A stretch of DNA of 64,000 bases from an uncultured Actinomycetes bacterium (GTDB taxonomy: Bacteria > Actinomycetota > UBA4738 > HRBIN12), in assembly GCA_963704725.1 (NCBI GenBank), contig OY969934.1:1632001-1696000 (forward strand), in the 5' to 3' direction. This document shows, piece after piece, positions 1 to 9,215 of this stretch (within the stretch, counting starts at the first letter, position 1; each line of letters opens with the position of its first letter). The position numbers were made by a program, and so were the translations under genes. The notes under the pieces are model-generated. The model saw nothing but the letters and a program-made list of their open reading frames with translations. It did not search any database and was not told the DNA's origin.

Positions 1-1276
1 GGAAGAAGCGAAGGAAGCGATCACCGCTCGAGGACGCGAGCGAGGGTTCGTGACATCGGAAGACCTCCTCGAAGCGGTACCGGTCGACGACTTCACCCCC
101 GAGCAGATCGAGGACTTCCTCACGCAGGTCGAGGAGCACCTGCGGGGCGAGGGGATCGAGGTCATCGAGGTCCCCGGCGACGAGGTCGACGGCGCGGTCC
201 AGCGACAGATCGACGTCGACCTGCTCAAGGCGCCGACCAACGACCCGGTCCGGATGTACCTCAAGGAGATCGGGAAGGTCCCGCTGCTCACAGCGGCGCA
301 GGAGATCGACCTGGCCCGACGGATCGAGGCCGGCGAGATCGCCACGGAGCTCCGCGAGGCCCTCGAGGAGGACGGCCGGGTCGACGGGAAGCGTCTGCGC
401 ACCGTGGCCGAGTCCGTCGTGGCGATCCGGGAGCACCAGATCGAGAAGTTCGGCAAGGTGGAGGGGATCGGACGCGACAAGGTCTCTAAGTCCTACAAGC
501 CACGGACCCGCGAGGACCTCGACGACTTCCTCCGGCGCGTCGAGCGCGACGGCCAGCTCGCCAAGCGCAAGCTGATCGAGGCCAACCTCCGGCTCGTGGT
601 CTCGATCGCCAAGCGCTACGTGGGCCGGGGGATGCTGTTCCTCGACCTGATCCAGGAGGGCAACCTCGGCCTGATCCGGGCGGTCGAGAAGTTCGACTAC
701 TCCAAGGGCTTCAAGTTCTCCACCTACGCGACGTGGTGGATCCGCCAGGCCATCACGCGGGCCATCGCCGACCAGGCGCGCACGATCCGCATCCCCGTGC
801 ACATGGTCGAGACGATCAACAAGCTCGTGCGGATCCAACGGCAGCTCCTGCAGGACCTCGGCCGAGAGCCGACGCCCGAGGAGATCGGCCGCCAGATGGG
901 GATCCCCGCGGACAAGGTCCGCGAGATCCTCAAGGTGTCGCAGGAGCCGGTGTCCCTCGAGACGCCGATCGGCGAGGAGGAGGACTCACACCTCGGCGAC
1001 TTCATCGAGGACTCGGACGCCGTGGTGCCGGTCGATGCTGCCAGCTTCATCCTGCTGCAGGAGCAGCTCGAGGCCGTTCTACACACGCTGTCCGAACGCG
1101 AGAAGAAGGTGATCCAGCTCCGCTTCGGTCTCCTCGACGGCCACCCCCGGACGCTCGAGGAGGTCGGCCGGGAGTTCGGCGTGACGCGCGAGCGGATCCG
1201 CCAGATCGAGTCGAAGACGCTCTCCAAGCTCCGCCACCCCAGCCGGTCGCAGAAGCTCCGCGACTACCTCGAGTAA
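1..1276 (+). CDS. rpoD: Primary RNA polymerase sigma-70 factor (RpoD/SigA/HrdB), 5' end outside window
   Basis: [11 protein letters not shown] (1.2), [83 protein letters not shown]. The frame is open to the window edge with region-1.1-like RGRERGFVT. Confidence 0.98.
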   Translation, partial: EEAKEAITARGRERGFVTSEDLLEAVPVDDFTPEQIEDFLTQVEEHLRGEGIEVIEVPGDEVDGAVQRQIDVDLLKAPTNDPVRMYLKEIGKVPLLTAAQEIDLARRIEAGEIATELREALEEDGRVDGKRLRTVAESVVAIREHQIEKFGKVEGIGRDKVSKSYKPRTREDLDDFLRRVERDGQLAKRKLIEANLRLVVSIAKRYVGRGMLFLDLIQEGNLGLIRAVEKFDYSKGFKFSTYATWWIRQAITRAIADQARTIRIPVHMVETINKLVRIQRQLLQDLGREPTPEEIGRQMGIPADKVREILKVSQEPVSLETPIGEEEDSHLGDFIEDSDAVVPVDAASFILLQEQLEAVLHTLSEREKKVIQLRFGLLDGHPRTLEEVGREFGVTRERIRQIESKTLSKLRHPSRSQKLRDYLE

Positions 1277-1313
1277 GGCGAGCGGAACCAGGAGGCGGCG
1301 GGTGCCGCCGGGC

Positions 1314-1562
1314 TCAATTCATCGACAGGTCGTCGACGTCGGCCACCATGCGCCGCTGGATCGTCGCGCGTGCCCGCTGGATCGCCTCGACGCCCATGGT
1401 GCCGGCGCGTCCGGCGAGACCGGCGAGACGTTGCGACGACGGATGACGCAGCATCGCCGCCCGGACGCCGCTCGGGCGCCCGTCCCCCTGCTGCCGCACC
1501 ATGCGCCGGCCGATGAGATAGCCGAGCACGACCCCGACGACCAACCCGATCCTGAATCGCAT
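1314..1562 (-). CDS. Small membrane-anchored hypothetical protein (YtxH-like)
   Basis: N-terminal GLVVGVVLGYLIG TM segment; TAGGCT -10-like hexamer 7 nt upstream of the ATG. Confidence 0.7.
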   Translation of the reverse strand: MRFRIGLVVGVVLGYLIGRRMVRQQGDGRPSGVRAAMLRHPSSQRLAGLAGRAGTMGVEAIQRARATIQRRMVADVDDLSMN

Positions 1563-1621
1563 CGGGCCAAGCCTAGCCCATCGGGGCCGACAGGGCGCGT
1601 TGGTAGACTGCCTGGGCTCGT

Positions 1622-1694
1622 TCCGGGGTAGCTCAATTGGCAGAGCGGCGGACTGTTAATCCGTAGGTTGAGAGTTCGAGTCTCTCCCCCGGAG
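1622..1694 (+). tRNA. tRNA-Asn(GTT)
   Basis: TCCGGGG/CCCCGGA acceptor, anticodon arm GCGGA-CT-GTT-AA-TCCGT, GTTCGAG T-loop; CCA not encoded. Confidence 0.97.
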
Positions 1695-1948
1695 CTGGAA
1701 CACCGCAGGTAGACGCCTATGTCGAGCCGCTCGCGGTCGGGCCGACGGGATGTTTCCTGTGCTGGTCCCGCGGCGGTATGGTCACGGTGGTTGACCAAAT
1801 GCGTTCGACGCGACCGCGCCCAACCCGGCCGCTTCGTTCAGCCCAATGGCGAGGCCCAGGCGTCTGGGTCCCGTCAGATCGATCTTCATGATCACGGTGG
1901 TGGACCGGCCGGTGAGTCCCTTGGTTCACCCCAGCAGGTGGGGTGCGG

Positions 1949-2341
1949 CTACTGAGGCACGCCGTCCTGGAGCTCGATCGTCTTGCTCCGGGCGCCTCGA
2001 CAGCCCGGCGACCTGGCCACCTTCACGTAGAAGAAGCCGTCGCGGAAGCCGGTGTTCCCCATCGACCACTCGCCGTGGGTGCCCTGTTGCTCGGACGTGT
2101 CGGAGCCCAGCCGATCGTCGACGCTCGGGTCCGGTTCGTCTCCCTGCTGCTCGAACAGCGTGACCCGGCGGTCGCCCAGGCACGAGTGGTTCTCGCTGAA
2201 GATCTTGCCCTGGAAGTCGCCGTTGGGACCTCGGATCGTGACCCTGGTCGCCGCCGCCGTACCGGCCTCGGCGACGCCGGCGCCGATGAGCGCGCCGGAT
2301 GCCAGCACGCCGACGACTGCCGCTATCCATCTCCGCTTCAT
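1949..2341 (-). CDS. Secreted hypothetical protein, two-Cys beta-rich domain
   Basis: Signal peptide MKRRWIAAVVGVLASGALIGAGVAEA; upstream GAGGGG RBS. Confidence 0.75.
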   Translation of the reverse strand: MKRRWIAAVVGVLASGALIGAGVAEAGTAAATRVTIRGPNGDFQGKIFSENHSCLGDRRVTLFEQQGDEPDPSVDDRLGSDTSEQQGTHGEWSMGNTGFRDGFFYVKVARSPGCRGARSKTIELQDGVPQ

Positions 2342-2394
2342 GAACCCTTCCCCCTCCCTCGTCCAGCCCGAGGCGCAGTCTGCACGATCCTGGC

Positions 2395-2844
2395 CTACGA
2401 GGCCAGTCGCCCGCTCAGCGCGGCGACGACGCGCTCGGCCGTCGCCCGGTAGATCTTCGGGATCTCGAACGCCCAGAGGCCGCCGTCCGCGAACTCGATC
2501 CGCAAGTCCGCTTTGAGCGTGCCCCGCTCGAGCGCGGCGGACGCGACGGCGGCCCTCGGGGCGCGCGCGACGACCTCCGTCCCGACCTTCGGCTTGAGCG
2601 CACCCGGCTTGCCTCGTATGAGGACGATCTCGTGCTCCGTCAGAGCCACATATCCGACGGCGCCGAAGGGCGGCGCCCCCGCGAACGGCGGCCCGGCTGC
2701 GGCCATACCGATCATGCCGCCGACGACGCCCCCGACGGCGCCGGCGGCCGCGATGCCGGTCATCTTCTTCGTCATACCGTGAGGGCTCACGAACGTCCCT
2801 GCCACCTCCGGAGTGCCGAGGACCTCCGCCGCGCCCTTCGCCAT
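2395..2844 (-). CDS. Hypothetical protein (Gly-rich hydrophobic segment plus PH-like C-terminus)
   Basis: Start MAKGAAEV with GAGGAGG RBS; GC-typical codon use. PH-like fold is a guess from the beta-strand pattern. Confidence 0.65.
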   Translation of the reverse strand: MAKGAAEVLGTPEVAGTFVSPHGMTKKMTGIAAAGAVGGVVGGMIGMAAAGPPFAGAPPFGAVGYVALTEHEIVLIRGKPGALKPKVGTEVVARAPRAAVASAALERGTLKADLRIEFADGGLWAFEIPKIYRATAERVVAALSGRLAS

Positions 2845-2882
2845 CGCCGCCTCCTCGTCGTGACCCTCTCGGGTCGTCCGCT

Positions 2883-4445
2883 TCAACTCCTCGCGACCGA
2901 CGACCGGTCGGCCAGGCACACGTCTCCCGAGGCCAGCGTCACCTGTCGTGCGATCGCGCGGTATCGGCCGGGGGCCCGGGTCCCGCGGACGACGAAGGCG
3001 CCCGCGTCGTTCGTAGTCGTCGTGCCGACCGGGCGCCACCGACCGCCCTCGCGGTGCTTCACCTTGACGGGGACGTTCACGGCGCACTCCGAGAAGCCGT
3101 CGGTGACGGTCACGACGCCCCTCGCCCGGCGGCCCACCGAGAGCGAGACCTCCCGCGCGTGCTCGAGCGGCGTGGGCGCCGGAGGATCGGCCTGGAGTCG
3201 GTACACGAGTGCGTCCCGACTCCCCGCCCCGGCCGCTGCACCCGCAACGACCGGCTTGCCATCCGATTGAACGGCGATCGCAGAGGCGTACTCGTTCACG
3301 GAGCTGTCGATCGCGACTCGGCCACCGTTCCCGAAGCTCGCGTCGAGGGATCCATCCGGGTTCAAGCGATCGACGATCACCGATGCGGGGTCGGTCGCCG
3401 AGCTCCCCGAGTATCCGGCGACCAGCATCTTGCCGTCGGCTTGCAGAGCAAGGGCATTGGTGAGACCTCCACCCTGGTCCACCATGACATGTCCGTTGCC
3501 GCCGAACGTCGTATCGGGCGAGCCGTCGGAGCTCAGCCGGTAGACGATGGAGCTCGACGATGTCGAGGACTGCGAATACCCGGCGACGACGATCTTCCCG
3601 TCCGCCTGCAAACCGACGGAGGTGAAGACCTCGGTTCCTCCCAGATCGATGGTCAGCAGGCCGTTGCCGGCGAATCCAGCATCGACCGAGCCGTTCGGGT
3701 TCAGCCGCAAGATGGTCGCTGCCTCACCGAGGGACGTGGTGCCGGCGACCAGGATCCTGCCGTCCGGTTGCACGGCGACCGATCTGGGGAACTCATAGCC
3801 GGCGCCTCCGAGAACACGCATGCCGTCCCCGTCGAAGGTGGTGTCGAAGGATCCGTCGGTGTTCAGGCGGTACACGACCACGTCGGAGGGAGAGCCTCTC
3901 TCACCCACCACGACGATCTTGCCGTCCGGCTGCAGGGCCACGGCGGCGGCGGAATCGTCGGGGCCGGTGTCGATGCCCAGCCGTCCGTCGCCGTCGAAGC
4001 TGTTGTCGAAGGACCCGTCGGGATTCAGGCGGTACACGACCACGTCGCCGTTCCCGGCGAGGTAGTAGCTGCCCGCCGCGACGATCTTCCCGTCCGGCTG
4101 CAGGGCAAGTGCGAAGGCGATCTCCTGGCCCCCACTGTCGATCACGACGCGACCGTCGCCGTCGAAGCTGGGGTCGAGCGCACCGCCGGCGGTCAGGCGA
4201 TAGACGCCGGCATCGTCGTCTGCGATCCCGGCGAGGACGATCTTCCCGTCATCCTGGAGTCCCATCGCATACGCGTATTCGTATCCGCCATAGTCGATCG
4301 CGACCCTCCCACCCTGTCCGAACGTCGGATCGAGATCGCCCGCCGCCGCGAGCGCGGCCGTCGTGGTCGCCGCTGCGAACGCGAGCGCCGACGCCAGGGC
4401 GACCGTCGCGCCGCGGGAGGTTGCGTGGTGCGTTCTCCAGCTCAC
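2883..4445 (-). CDS. Secreted delta-60 repeat (DUF5122-type) beta-propeller protein
   Basis: About 7 repeats of ALQPDGKIVVAG...YRLNPDGSxDxxFxGDG; signal peptide; the GTG start overlaps the upstream stop, with GAAGGAGG RBS. Confidence 0.9.
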   Translation of the reverse strand: MSWRTHHATSRGATVALASALAFAAATTTAALAAAGDLDPTFGQGGRVAIDYGGYEYAYAMGLQDDGKIVLAGIADDDAGVYRLTAGGALDPSFDGDGRVVIDSGGQEIAFALALQPDGKIVAAGSYYLAGNGDVVVYRLNPDGSFDNSFDGDGRLGIDTGPDDSAAAVALQPDGKIVVVGERGSPSDVVVYRLNTDGSFDTTFDGDGMRVLGGAGYEFPRSVAVQPDGRILVAGTTSLGEAATILRLNPNGSVDAGFAGNGLLTIDLGGTEVFTSVGLQADGKIVVAGYSQSSTSSSSIVYRLSSDGSPDTTFGGNGHVMVDQGGGLTNALALQADGKMLVAGYSGSSATDPASVIVDRLNPDGSLDASFGNGGRVAIDSSVNEYASAIAVQSDGKPVVAGAAAGAGSRDALVYRLQADPPAPTPLEHAREVSLSVGRRARGVVTVTDGFSECAVNVPVKVKHREGGRWRPVGTTTTNDAGAFVVRGTRAPGRYRAIARQVTLASGDVCLADRSSVARS

Positions 4446-4723
4446 GGCTCGTCCTCCTTCCGGACCGATCCGGCGAACGCTTGCGTGACGTGCCCGACCG
4501 GCAGGCGGGCGCGCTCGGCGGCGGCCCGGACGTCGTCGGCCGACGCCGCCTCGAACAGCAGGAAGCATGTCTCGTCCTCGGGGACGAAGATCGAGCGCGC
4601 GCAGCGGACCGGTGTCCCCTCGCGGGTCAGCTCCTCCGCGCCGAGTTGCGCCCGCCTCGCGAGGCCGTCCGCAGCCGTGGCGCCGCTGCGCGGCACGTAG
4701 AGCTCCACGATGAACTCCCCCAC
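4442..4723 (-). CDS. DUF4242 / SCO4226-like small protein
   Basis: FIVELYVP...SIFVPEDETCFLLFEAASADDVRAAAERA pattern; TACCGT hexamer 6 nt before the GTG. Confidence 0.75.
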   Translation of the reverse strand: MGEFIVELYVPRSGATAADGLARRAQLGAEELTREGTPVRCARSIFVPEDETCFLLFEAASADDVRAAAERARLPVGHVTQAFAGSVRKEDEP

Positions 4724-4787
4724 GCGGCGACGGTAGGGCGAGAGAGAAGAGGTGCGAAATGCCGGAAACCCGGGACGTTTGGGAGGG

Positions 4788-7502
4788 TTACGGACGCGTG
4801 GCCAGCCGGTGCGCGAGCTCGGCGCGCGAGCGCACGCCGAGCTTGTGGTACGCCCGCGAGAGGTGCCGCTCGACCGTGTTCACCGTGACGAAGAGCGAGC
4901 GGGCGATCTCCTTGTTCGAACGCCCTGCGCCGGCGAGTTCCACCACCCGGCGTTCGGCAGGGGTGAGCTCGCCGGGCTGACGAGGGCGCCGGGCGCCGAC
5001 GCGGCCGAGCTCGCGCCGTCCGAGGTCCGCCCAGCCCTCGGAGCCGAGCTCCTCGAACGCGGTCACGGCCAGCTCGAGCGTCCGTCGGGCCTCGCCCCAG
5101 CGGCGAGCGCGACGCAAGGCGCGCCCGAGGAACAGGTGCGATCGCGCCGCGTCGAACGCCAGGCCGAGCCGCCGGTACCCGTCCGCCGCCCCTCGGAGCT
5201 CAGCGACGGCTTCTTCGTTGCACTCCGACGCGATGCGAACGACGGCGTCGCACCTGGCGGCGGTCGTTCGGGCCCACGGGTGCCCCCGCCCGGCGCCAGT
5301 CAGCCGCCGGATCACGGCCCGCGCCGGCTCGAGCTCTCCGAGCTCGGCAAGCGCCTCGACCAGGTCGGGTGCGACGGGGAACACACCCGGCTCCTCGACG
5401 CCCTCGCGGAGCATGTGCTCCCAGGGTTCGCGCAGCCGATCGGCCGCCTCGACCGGATCCGAATTGAGGAGGGCCACGAGGCCGAGCGCTCGTTGCGACT
5501 CGAGCAGGTCCCAGCGCACGCCCGTTTCCATGGCCCGCTCGACGGCTTCGTCCGCCCATCGCCGGGCCTCGTCCGGTCGGCCGCGACCGGCGGCGTGGAG
5601 CGCTCGGCAGCGGCAGTGGATCTGCGGCAGCAACAGCGCGGCCTCGGAGGAGCCGCTCCACTCGTCGAGGATCTGCTCTGCCGCGTCCCACCGGCCTGCT
5701 CGGAGCTCCAGCTCGCACCGATGTACCTGGAGGACCACGTAGGACCTGGTCTCGCCGCGCTCGTCGGCGTCGTGGAGGGCGGAGTCGAGGAGCGCGCGCG
5801 CCGGCGGGATCTCTCCCCGCCACATGTGGCGCAGCGCGGCAACGCGATCGAGCGACCGGAACGGCTCGGGATCCCGGCCCGGAAGCTCGCTCGCGCGCCG
5901 ACGGAGCCCGTCGATCGAGCGCCCGCGCAGGATCCTCGGCCAGGCGAGGCCGAACAGCGCGAGTCGCTCGTCGGCCGGGCTCGCGCCCCGGGCGCCGGTC
6001 ACCGCCTCCGCCGCCCACGTTTCGGCCTCGGCGATCCTCTCGACGCGAGCGACCGAGGTGTGGATCGCGCGTCGCGCCTGGACGACCGAGCGGACCGCGG
6101 GATCCGCGACACTTTCCGCGAGCGCTCGATCGAAGTGCGCGTCGTACTCGTCGACATGCGACAGGAGGCCCTCCGTGAGCAGGAGGTGCGCCCGAGCGCG
6201 AGGGGTGCCGGAGGGCAGGACGTCGAGCCCCGCCGTGAGGAGCCCGGCCGCGCGATCGGGTTCCCCGACGATCGTGAGGCACGCGGCGAGCGCGAGCATC
6301 CGGTCGGGTCGGTCGAGGCTCTCCGATGGTGTCAGCCGGAGCGCATGCTCGGCCAGCTCGACGGCGTCCTCGACGGCACCGCGAGCCGTGGCAACCTCGG
6401 CCGCGGTCCCAACCGTCGCCGCGAGCGACGCATCCGGTCCCGTGCTCGACAACGCCAGGTGCCGGGCGCGCCGTTCGGGATCAGCCGCCGCGCCCGCGAG
6501 CAGCGTGTGCATGCGCCGGCGGTCGCCGGCCCGCGACTGGGAGCGCGCCGCGGCGCCGAGCAGCGGGTGCACCAGGCGCACGTGGTCGCGATCGACGAGC
6601 ACGACGCCCGCGTCCAGCGCGCGATCGATCGCGTTCGGACCCACCAGCGCCGTGAGCTGGCTCGTCGTCAGCCCCCCGCCCAGCTCGATCGCGAGGACGA
6701 GTCGGCGCAGCGCGGACGGAAGTCGTGCCACACGAGCCTCGAGGAGCCCCTCGACGAGCTCGGGCAAGGCGATGTCCTCGCCGATCTGCGGCGGACCCGT
6801 TTCGGCCAGCAAGCGCCCGATCTCCAGTGCGAACAGCGGATTGCCCTGCGAGACCTCGAGCACGCGCCGCAGCACGCGCCGCGGGAGGACGAGCCCGAGT
6901 CGATCGGCGAGGAGCTGTCGAACGGCGCCGAAGCTCATCGGGCCGACGAGGATACGGTCTTCGCCAGCGGGCTCGAGCGCGTGCGTGAATCCGGACGCCC
7001 CGGTCAGCCGCTCCGTGAAGAGGAAGCGCACCGGATCGCCGCGGAGCCTGCGAGCGGCGAACGTGATCGCGTCGGCTGATCCGCCGTCGAGCCAATGGAC
7101 ATCGTCGATCGCGACCAACACGGGCGCCCGGGCGGCGATCGCCCGAAGTGCGTTCATGAGGCCGAGCGCGATCGCTCGGGGCTCGGGGGGAGCTCCCTCT
7201 GGGAGCGCGCGGAGCAGCGCCACCTCCAGCGCAATGCGTTGAGGGGCTGGCAGCGACCCCAGGACGTCGTCGCCGACATCCATCAGGAGGTCGGCGAGCG
7301 CGGCAAAGGCGAGTTGCCCTTCGCTCGAGCTCGGCCGCGCTTGGAGCACCGTGTGGCCGAGGCCGCGAGCGTCCTCGATCCCGGTTTCCCAGATCGTGGT
7401 CTTGCCCATGCCCGCCGGCCCGACGAGCGCGAGGACCTCGTCCGGCCCGTCGCTCTCGAGGAACGAGCGAACCGCCGCGAGCTCCTGCTCCCGGCCGATC
7501 AT
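4788..7502 (-). CDS. Large ATP-binding LuxR-family (LAL) transcriptional regulator
   Basis: MIGREQEL, Walker A GPAGMGKT, Walker B VAIDDVHWLD, GNPLF motif, C-terminal LuxR HTH (LTPAERRV...SNKEIA...NTVERHLSRAYHKLGV). Confidence 0.95.
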   Translation of the reverse strand: MIGREQELAAVRSFLESDGPDEVLALVGPAGMGKTTIWETGIEDARGLGHTVLQARPSSSEGQLAFAALADLLMDVGDDVLGSLPAPQRIALEVALLRALPEGAPPEPRAIALGLMNALRAIAARAPVLVAIDDVHWLDGGSADAITFAARRLRGDPVRFLFTERLTGASGFTHALEPAGEDRILVGPMSFGAVRQLLADRLGLVLPRRVLRRVLEVSQGNPLFALEIGRLLAETGPPQIGEDIALPELVEGLLEARVARLPSALRRLVLAIELGGGLTTSQLTALVGPNAIDRALDAGVVLVDRDHVRLVHPLLGAAARSQSRAGDRRRMHTLLAGAAADPERRARHLALSSTGPDASLAATVGTAAEVATARGAVEDAVELAEHALRLTPSESLDRPDRMLALAACLTIVGEPDRAAGLLTAGLDVLPSGTPRARAHLLLTEGLLSHVDEYDAHFDRALAESVADPAVRSVVQARRAIHTSVARVERIAEAETWAAEAVTGARGASPADERLALFGLAWPRILRGRSIDGLRRRASELPGRDPEPFRSLDRVAALRHMWRGEIPPARALLDSALHDADERGETRSYVVLQVHRCELELRAGRWDAAEQILDEWSGSSEAALLLPQIHCRCRALHAAGRGRPDEARRWADEAVERAMETGVRWDLLESQRALGLVALLNSDPVEAADRLREPWEHMLREGVEEPGVFPVAPDLVEALAELGELEPARAVIRRLTGAGRGHPWARTTAARCDAVVRIASECNEEAVAELRGAADGYRRLGLAFDAARSHLFLGRALRRARRWGEARRTLELAVTAFEELGSEGWADLGRRELGRVGARRPRQPGELTPAERRVVELAGAGRSNKEIARSLFVTVNTVERHLSRAYHKLGVRSRAELAHRLATRP

Positions 7503-7820
7503 CGAAGCGCGCGAGCGTGGAGCATGGGCGCATCTAGCACGACGGGGCCGGGAGAGTCAAAGTCCACGCCCGATACCCATGTCGCCGGGCTATGACCCAA
7601 GGCTCGTCCAACCGATCGGCATGCTCTCGCGTGCCCAGGACGTCGTGATCCGCCCGTTCCGGGCGGCCGCCAGGTCCGCGAAACGGAGCGCAACGGGCTG
7701 ACGGCCCTCGGCATCGCGCTCGTGCCGGTGCCCCAGCTCGAGGCGGCCTCATTCCTGTAGCCCGCTCACCGGCCGCGTGCGGGCTCGAGGTCCGGAGCCG
7801 TTCGGTAGCGTGTCGGCTCG

Positions 7821-9215
7821 ATGCTGCTGACGATCACGTGCCGAACGCCGCCGGCGACCGATCTCGGGTTCCTGCTCCACAAGAACCCGAGCAACCTCCG
7901 CACGGTCGAGCTGTCCTTCGGCCGGGCCCACGTGTTCTACCCGGAGGCCTCCGAGGAGCGGTGCACGGCCGCCCTGCTCCTGGAGGTCGATCCGATCTCG
8001 CTCGTGCGCCGTGGCCGCGACCGCAGCGGGTTCGCGCTCGCCGAATACGTCAACGACCGCCCGTATGTGGCGTCGTCGTTCCTCAGCGTGGCGATCGCGA
8101 AGCTGTTCGGGACGGCGATGGCCGGGCGCAGCGAGGACCGGCCTCAGCTCGTGGACAGGCCGCTGCGGCTCGAAGCTCGGATGCCGGTGGTGCCGAGCGA
8201 CGGGGGAGCGGAGCTCGTCCGCCGGCTGTTCGTCCCGCTCGGCTACGACGTGGCCGCCGAGCCGATCGCCCTCGACGAGCGCTTCCCGGCGTGGGGTGAC
8301 AGCCGCTACCTCGACGTCAGGCTCACGGGATCCGTCCGGCTTCGCGATCTGCTCGGGCATCTGTACGTCCTGCTCCCCGTGCTCGACGACGAGAAGCACT
8401 ACTGGGTGTCGCGCGCCGAGATCGATAAGCTGCTCGCTCGCGGCGAGGGCTGGCTGGCCGGACATCCCGAACGCGAACTGATCGCGCGGCGCTACCTTCG
8501 CCATCAGCCGCGACTGGCGCGCGAGGCGCTCGCACGGCTCGTCGAGGAGGACCAGCCCGATCCCGACGACGAGCAGACGCGGCGCGACCGGAGCGAGGAG
8601 GTTCTCGAGCGTGCGGTCGGCCTGAGGGACGAGCGGATCGCCAGGGTGGTCTCGGTGCTGAAGTCCGCCGGTGCCCGCCGCGTGCTCGATCTCGGCTGTG
8701 GCGCCGGCCGTCTGATGCAAGCGCTCCTGCGCGAGAGCCAGTTCGATGAGATCGTCGGCGTCGACGTGTCTTCCGGGGCGCTCGCGGCGGCCGGGCGGAG
8801 GCTCCGCATGGACGAGATGGCGCCCAAGCAGCGGGAGCGGGTCCGCCTGCTCCAGGGGGCGCTGACCTACCGGGACCGCCGGCTCGCCGGCTACGACGCC
8901 GCCGTCCTCATGGAGGTGATCGAGCACCTCGACACGGGCCGGCTGGCGGCTCTCGAGCGGTCCGTGTTCGCCGAGGCGGCGCCCGCCGCCGTGATCGTGA
9001 CGACGCCGAACGCCGAGTACAACGCCCGCTTCCCGTCGCTGCCGGCGGGATCGCTCCGGCACCGCGACCACCGGTTCGAGTGGACCCGGCGCGAGTTCCG
9101 CTCGTGGGCCGAGGGCGTCGCGGATCGGAACGGCTACGGCGTCCGGTTCGAGGACGTCGGGCCGGGCGACCCGGAGCTCGGCGCGCCGACCCAGATGGCG
9201 GTGCTGGCGCGGTGA
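7821..9215 (+). CDS. hen1: 3'-terminal RNA ribose 2'-O-methyltransferase Hen1
   Basis: MLLTIT..PATDLGFLLHKNP N-domain, YVNDRPYVASS, KHYWV, SAM motif VLDLGCG, EVIEHL, RHRDHRFEWTR. Confidence 0.96.
   Translation: MLLTITCRTPPATDLGFLLHKNPSNLRTVELSFGRAHVFYPEASEERCTAALLLEVDPISLVRRGRDRSGFALAEYVNDRPYVASSFLSVAIAKLFGTAMAGRSEDRPQLVDRPLRLEARMPVVPSDGGAELVRRLFVPLGYDVAAEPIALDERFPAWGDSRYLDVRLTGSVRLRDLLGHLYVLLPVLDDEKHYWVSRAEIDKLLARGEGWLAGHPERELIARRYLRHQPRLAREALARLVEEDQPDPDDEQTRRDRSEEVLERAVGLRDERIARVVSVLKSAGARRVLDLGCGAGRLMQALLRESQFDEIVGVDVSSGALAAAGRRLRMDEMAPKQRERVRLLQGALTYRDRRLAGYDAAVLMEVIEHLDTGRLAALERSVFAEAAPAAVIVTTPNAEYNARFPSLPAGSLRHRDHRFEWTRREFRSWAEGVADRNGYGVRFEDVGPGDPELGAPTQMAVLAR

Noticed and set aside
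7499-7560. 8-codon uORF MLHARALR overlapping the LAL start
   Set aside because: The putative -10 (TAGATG) lacks the conserved final T, and such mini-ORFs are common by chance.
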